Assembly: GCA_965261595.1 (NCBI GenBank)
Contig: CBDHDG010000007.1
Coordinates: forward strand, 672,001 to 736,000
DNA: 64,000 nt
Reading direction: 5' to 3'
Origin: a bacterium
GTDB lineage: Bacteria > UBA8248 > JACPRG01 > G963555815
Numbering within the stretch: position 1 is the first letter of the stretch; each line of letters starts with the position of its first letter. Below are positions 61,707 through 64,000 of the stretch, piece after piece. The translations under genes and the position numbers were made by a program. The notes beneath the pieces were generated by a model, which was not told the origin of the DNA, searched no databases, and saw only the letters and a program-made list of their open reading frames with translations.

Positions 61707-62450
61707 TCATCCCCCATGCCGCCCTTTAGAAAATGTTTTCGCCGCTTGGAGAAAGGCCTTGAAGAGCGACGCGGCGGCAGCGTCCTTTCGGTACAGAAGC
61801 TCCGGGTGCCACTGTACGCCGACCGCGAAGGGGTGGTGATCGCCCTCGATGGCCTCGATCACATCGTCGCCGGCCCAGGCCGTTGAACGAAAGGACGGGG
61901 CGACCTCCTTGACGGCCTGGTGATGGCTGGTGTTGACCCGGCCCGTAAGGCCCCGGAAGAATCGTGCGAGCTTCGATCCTTTCAGGATCGAGACCCCGTG
62001 CCGGACGGACCGGGGCGCGCGGTGCCGCAACGCGCCCGGCGCCTGGGCGGCCAAATCCTGGAACAGCGTTCCCCCGGCCACAACGTTCAGGGCCTGGCAG
62101 CCTCCGCAGATCCCCAGGATGGGAGCGCCTTCATTCAGGGCGCGCCGGATCAGGTCGAGTTCGAAGCGGGTCCGGACAGGGCTCAGTGGGCCGAGTTTCG
62201 GGTGGGGGCGCTCACCGTAGTGCCGGGGATCGACGTCGATTCCTCCCCCCGAAACCAGGAGACCGTCCAGGATGTCGAGCGTTTCGTCCGCGCAGGGCCC
62301 GGTGGGGAGCGCGGGGAGGAGGATCGGCACGCCTCCCAGGTCGGAAATCGCGGCCGCGTAGTCCTCCCGCAGGAGCGAGAAGGGCCCGCCCTTTTTTTGA
62401 ACGTCCCGGTCGCAGGTGATTCCGATGCGCGGCAAGGACCTCATGACCAT
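61707..62450 (-). CDS. Peptidase C26 / gamma-glutamyl-GABA hydrolase family protein
   Basis: LDGL..SGG, GICGG.Q, NTSHHQAV, VQWHPE. Confidence 0.9.
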   Translation of the reverse strand: MVMRSLPRIGITCDRDVQKKGGPFSLLREDYAAAISDLGGVPILLPALPTGPCADETLDILDGLLVSGGGIDVDPRHYGERPHPKLGPLSPVRTRFELDLIRRALNEGAPILGICGGCQALNVVAGGTLFQDLAAQAPGALRHRAPRSVRHGVSILKGSKLARFFRGLTGRVNTSHHQAVKEVAPSFRSTAWAGDDVIEAIEGDHHPFAVGVQWHPELLYRKDAAAASLFKAFLQAAKTFSKGRHGG

Positions 62451-62519
62451 CGCGTCCCTTGTGGCGGCCCGCCGCGCTCCGCTCAGAAGAATTCGCGGCG
62501 TCCCAGATTCAATCCTTCT

Positions 62520-62798
62520 TCAATCCGTTCCCAGCAATTCCCGGACGGCCGGGGGCAGGAAGATCTCTTCCAGGTCCAGCCCCTTCATGGCCGAGCCCAG
62601 GGCGCGTAGCCTTTCCGCCGGGTTCAGCGCGCGGTCGACGAGGATCAGCTCGCGCCCATCGAGGCGGCACCGCCCGGAGGCCGGTCGGAGTTCATCGGCG
62701 GTGAAGTCGGCGTAACGGATCTCGACGCCCAGCTTCCCGCAGGCCTCTTCCAGCGCTTGCAGGGCCAAATCCGGGTCCGCCTTCGGTCGGTTCCCCAT
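62520..62798 (-). CDS. Conserved-looking hypothetical protein
   Basis: LGVEIRY, SG.CRL.G, IFLPPAVRELL; operon-like spacing. Confidence 0.7.
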   Translation of the reverse strand: MGNRPKADPDLALQALEEACGKLGVEIRYADFTADELRPASGRCRLDGRELILVDRALNPAERLRALGSAMKGLDLEEIFLPPAVRELLGTD

Positions 62799-62845
62799 GC
62801 CCGCCGTGTTCTCCCCCCCCCCCCCCCGCGTCGGCGCGCGCGCTC

Positions 62846-64000
62846 TCAGCCCGCCGCGATTTCCCGCCCGCCCGGCTTGGGCGCGGACGATTTCGGTCGC
62901 TCGCCGTACAGCCGCCAGCCGTAGCTGTCGGTGGGGGAGATGTCCACGTTGACCAGGTCCCCCCGCTCGTTCCAGCGTTCCAGGTCCCGCCGGTCGAAAT
63001 ACGTCCTCACCGGCGCGGAGAGCCGGTCGAACCAGTCGGAGTAATTCGCCCAGAACGGGTACCGGTCGTACAACCGGATGCGGGGCCGCACCTTCTTCTG
63101 GACGAGGGGGATCCGCCGGAGGACCTTGATGGGCAGGAAAAAGAACGTTAAGACGAAGGTGGAATAATCGACGCAGGCGCACAGGAAGCAGATCTTCTTC
63201 AGGGTGAAGAAGGGCAGGCGGAGCGTGACAAACCGGAACGCCTCGACGATCCGGTTTGTCAGGCGGCGCTTCCTGCTGTACACCCAGACGATCACCGACC
63301 CGCCCGGTTTCACGAATTCCAGCAGAGAGCGGAATCCCCGCTCCGGCTCCGGCAGGTTCTGAAGGGCGCCCAGCGTGTAGACGAAATCGAACGATTCCCG
63401 CTTGAAGGGCATGCGGAACAGGTCGCCCTTGACCAGGGAGACATTGGACTGGTCCCGCTGGCTTTCCCGGGCCGAGAAGATCAGGTTGCTGAAGTCCATC
63501 CCCACCATCCGGCGGGGCCTGTAGCGCGACGCGAAATACAGGTGGCGGCCGTACCCGCACGAGGCGTCCAGGCCGCCCTTGTCCTGAAAAAACTCCGGTT
63601 CCACGGGGTGGATGAAATTCAAAAAGTGCGCCTCGTCGGCGGGACCCAGGTTTCGGAACTGGCTCCATTTGAAATCCAGGGTGCGCTGCGTCGCCCGCTG
63701 GAGCCGCTGGAACCGCTCGGCGTCCTTGCGAAGAGGGCGGGAGGAGGCGGTCTCGAGGATGGTGAAAAACCCCTCCTCGTTCGCCCGGACCGAGTAGCTT
63801 TTCTCAATCGTCATCCGCCCTTGCCGCCCCATGCGCTCGCGCAGGTCCGGGTCTTCCAACAGATTCCGAAGGCGGTCGATCCACTCCCGCGTCGAACCCG
63901 CCAGGAATCCGTTCACGCCCTCCTGGATGATCGTCGTGTTCACGCCGACCGGCGAGCACACCACTGGGGTTCCCACGCTCATATAAAAAAGGGCCTTGAA
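62846..64000 (-). CDS. GT4 glycosyltransferase C-terminus fused to class I SAM methyltransferase, 5' partial
   Basis: K...YM.VG.PVV.SPVG.N...G.NGFLA then LDASCGYGRH, VKPGG. Confidence 0.8.
   Translation of the reverse strand, partial: FKALFYMSVGTPVVCSPVGVNTTIIQEGVNGFLAGSTREWIDRLRNLLEDPDLRERMGRQGRMTIEKSYSVRANEEGFFTILETASSRPLRKDAERFQRLQRATQRTLDFKWSQFRNLGPADEAHFLNFIHPVEPEFFQDKGGLDASCGYGRHLYFASRYRPRRMVGMDFSNLIFSARESQRDQSNVSLVKGDLFRMPFKRESFDFVYTLGALQNLPEPERGFRSLLEFVKPGGSVIVWVYSRKRRLTNRIVEAFRFVTLRLPFFTLKKICFLCACVDYSTFVLTFFFLPIKVLRRIPLVQKKVRPRIRLYDRYPFWANYSDWFDRLSAPVRTYFDRRDLERWNERGDLVNVDISPTDSYGWRLYGERPKSSAPKPGGREIAAG

Overview
High-GC bacterial chromosome segment; the gene order (DUF507 pair-coaE-rho-rpmE-prfA-prmC-murA-his; mutS2-dnaG-rpoD-tRNA-zinc ribbon-rnhA-rnpB) looks Nitrospinota/Deltaproteobacteria-like, which is an inference. 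1-10.8 kb: ABC-2 exporter, AlkA, dGTPase, a tandem pair of NMT1/THI5-like binding proteins with a highly conserved 5' leader, folB, and a two-gene cobalt nitrile/thiocyanate-hydratase-like locus. 10.8-35.2 kb: housekeeping block on the minus strand, including RNase P RNA, two tRNAs and a his cluster that lacks hisF/hisC and is interrupted by a REP-flanked RAYT. 35.3-40.2 kb: catabolic genes and MITEs. 40.2-52.9 kb: mobile-element hotspot with internally deleted RAYT derivatives bounded by GTGTCCC motifs, small cargo genes (higBA, SHOCT protein), an IS3-type element, IS1380 copies and IS1380-end MITEs carrying REP doublets. 53-64 kb: EamA pair, amidohydrolase, eroded surface-polysaccharide genes, a candidate structured RNA and a glycosyltransferase-methyltransferase fusion. 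Several single-base frameshifts may be long-read consensus errors. All calls come from motif recognition by eye; no searches were run.
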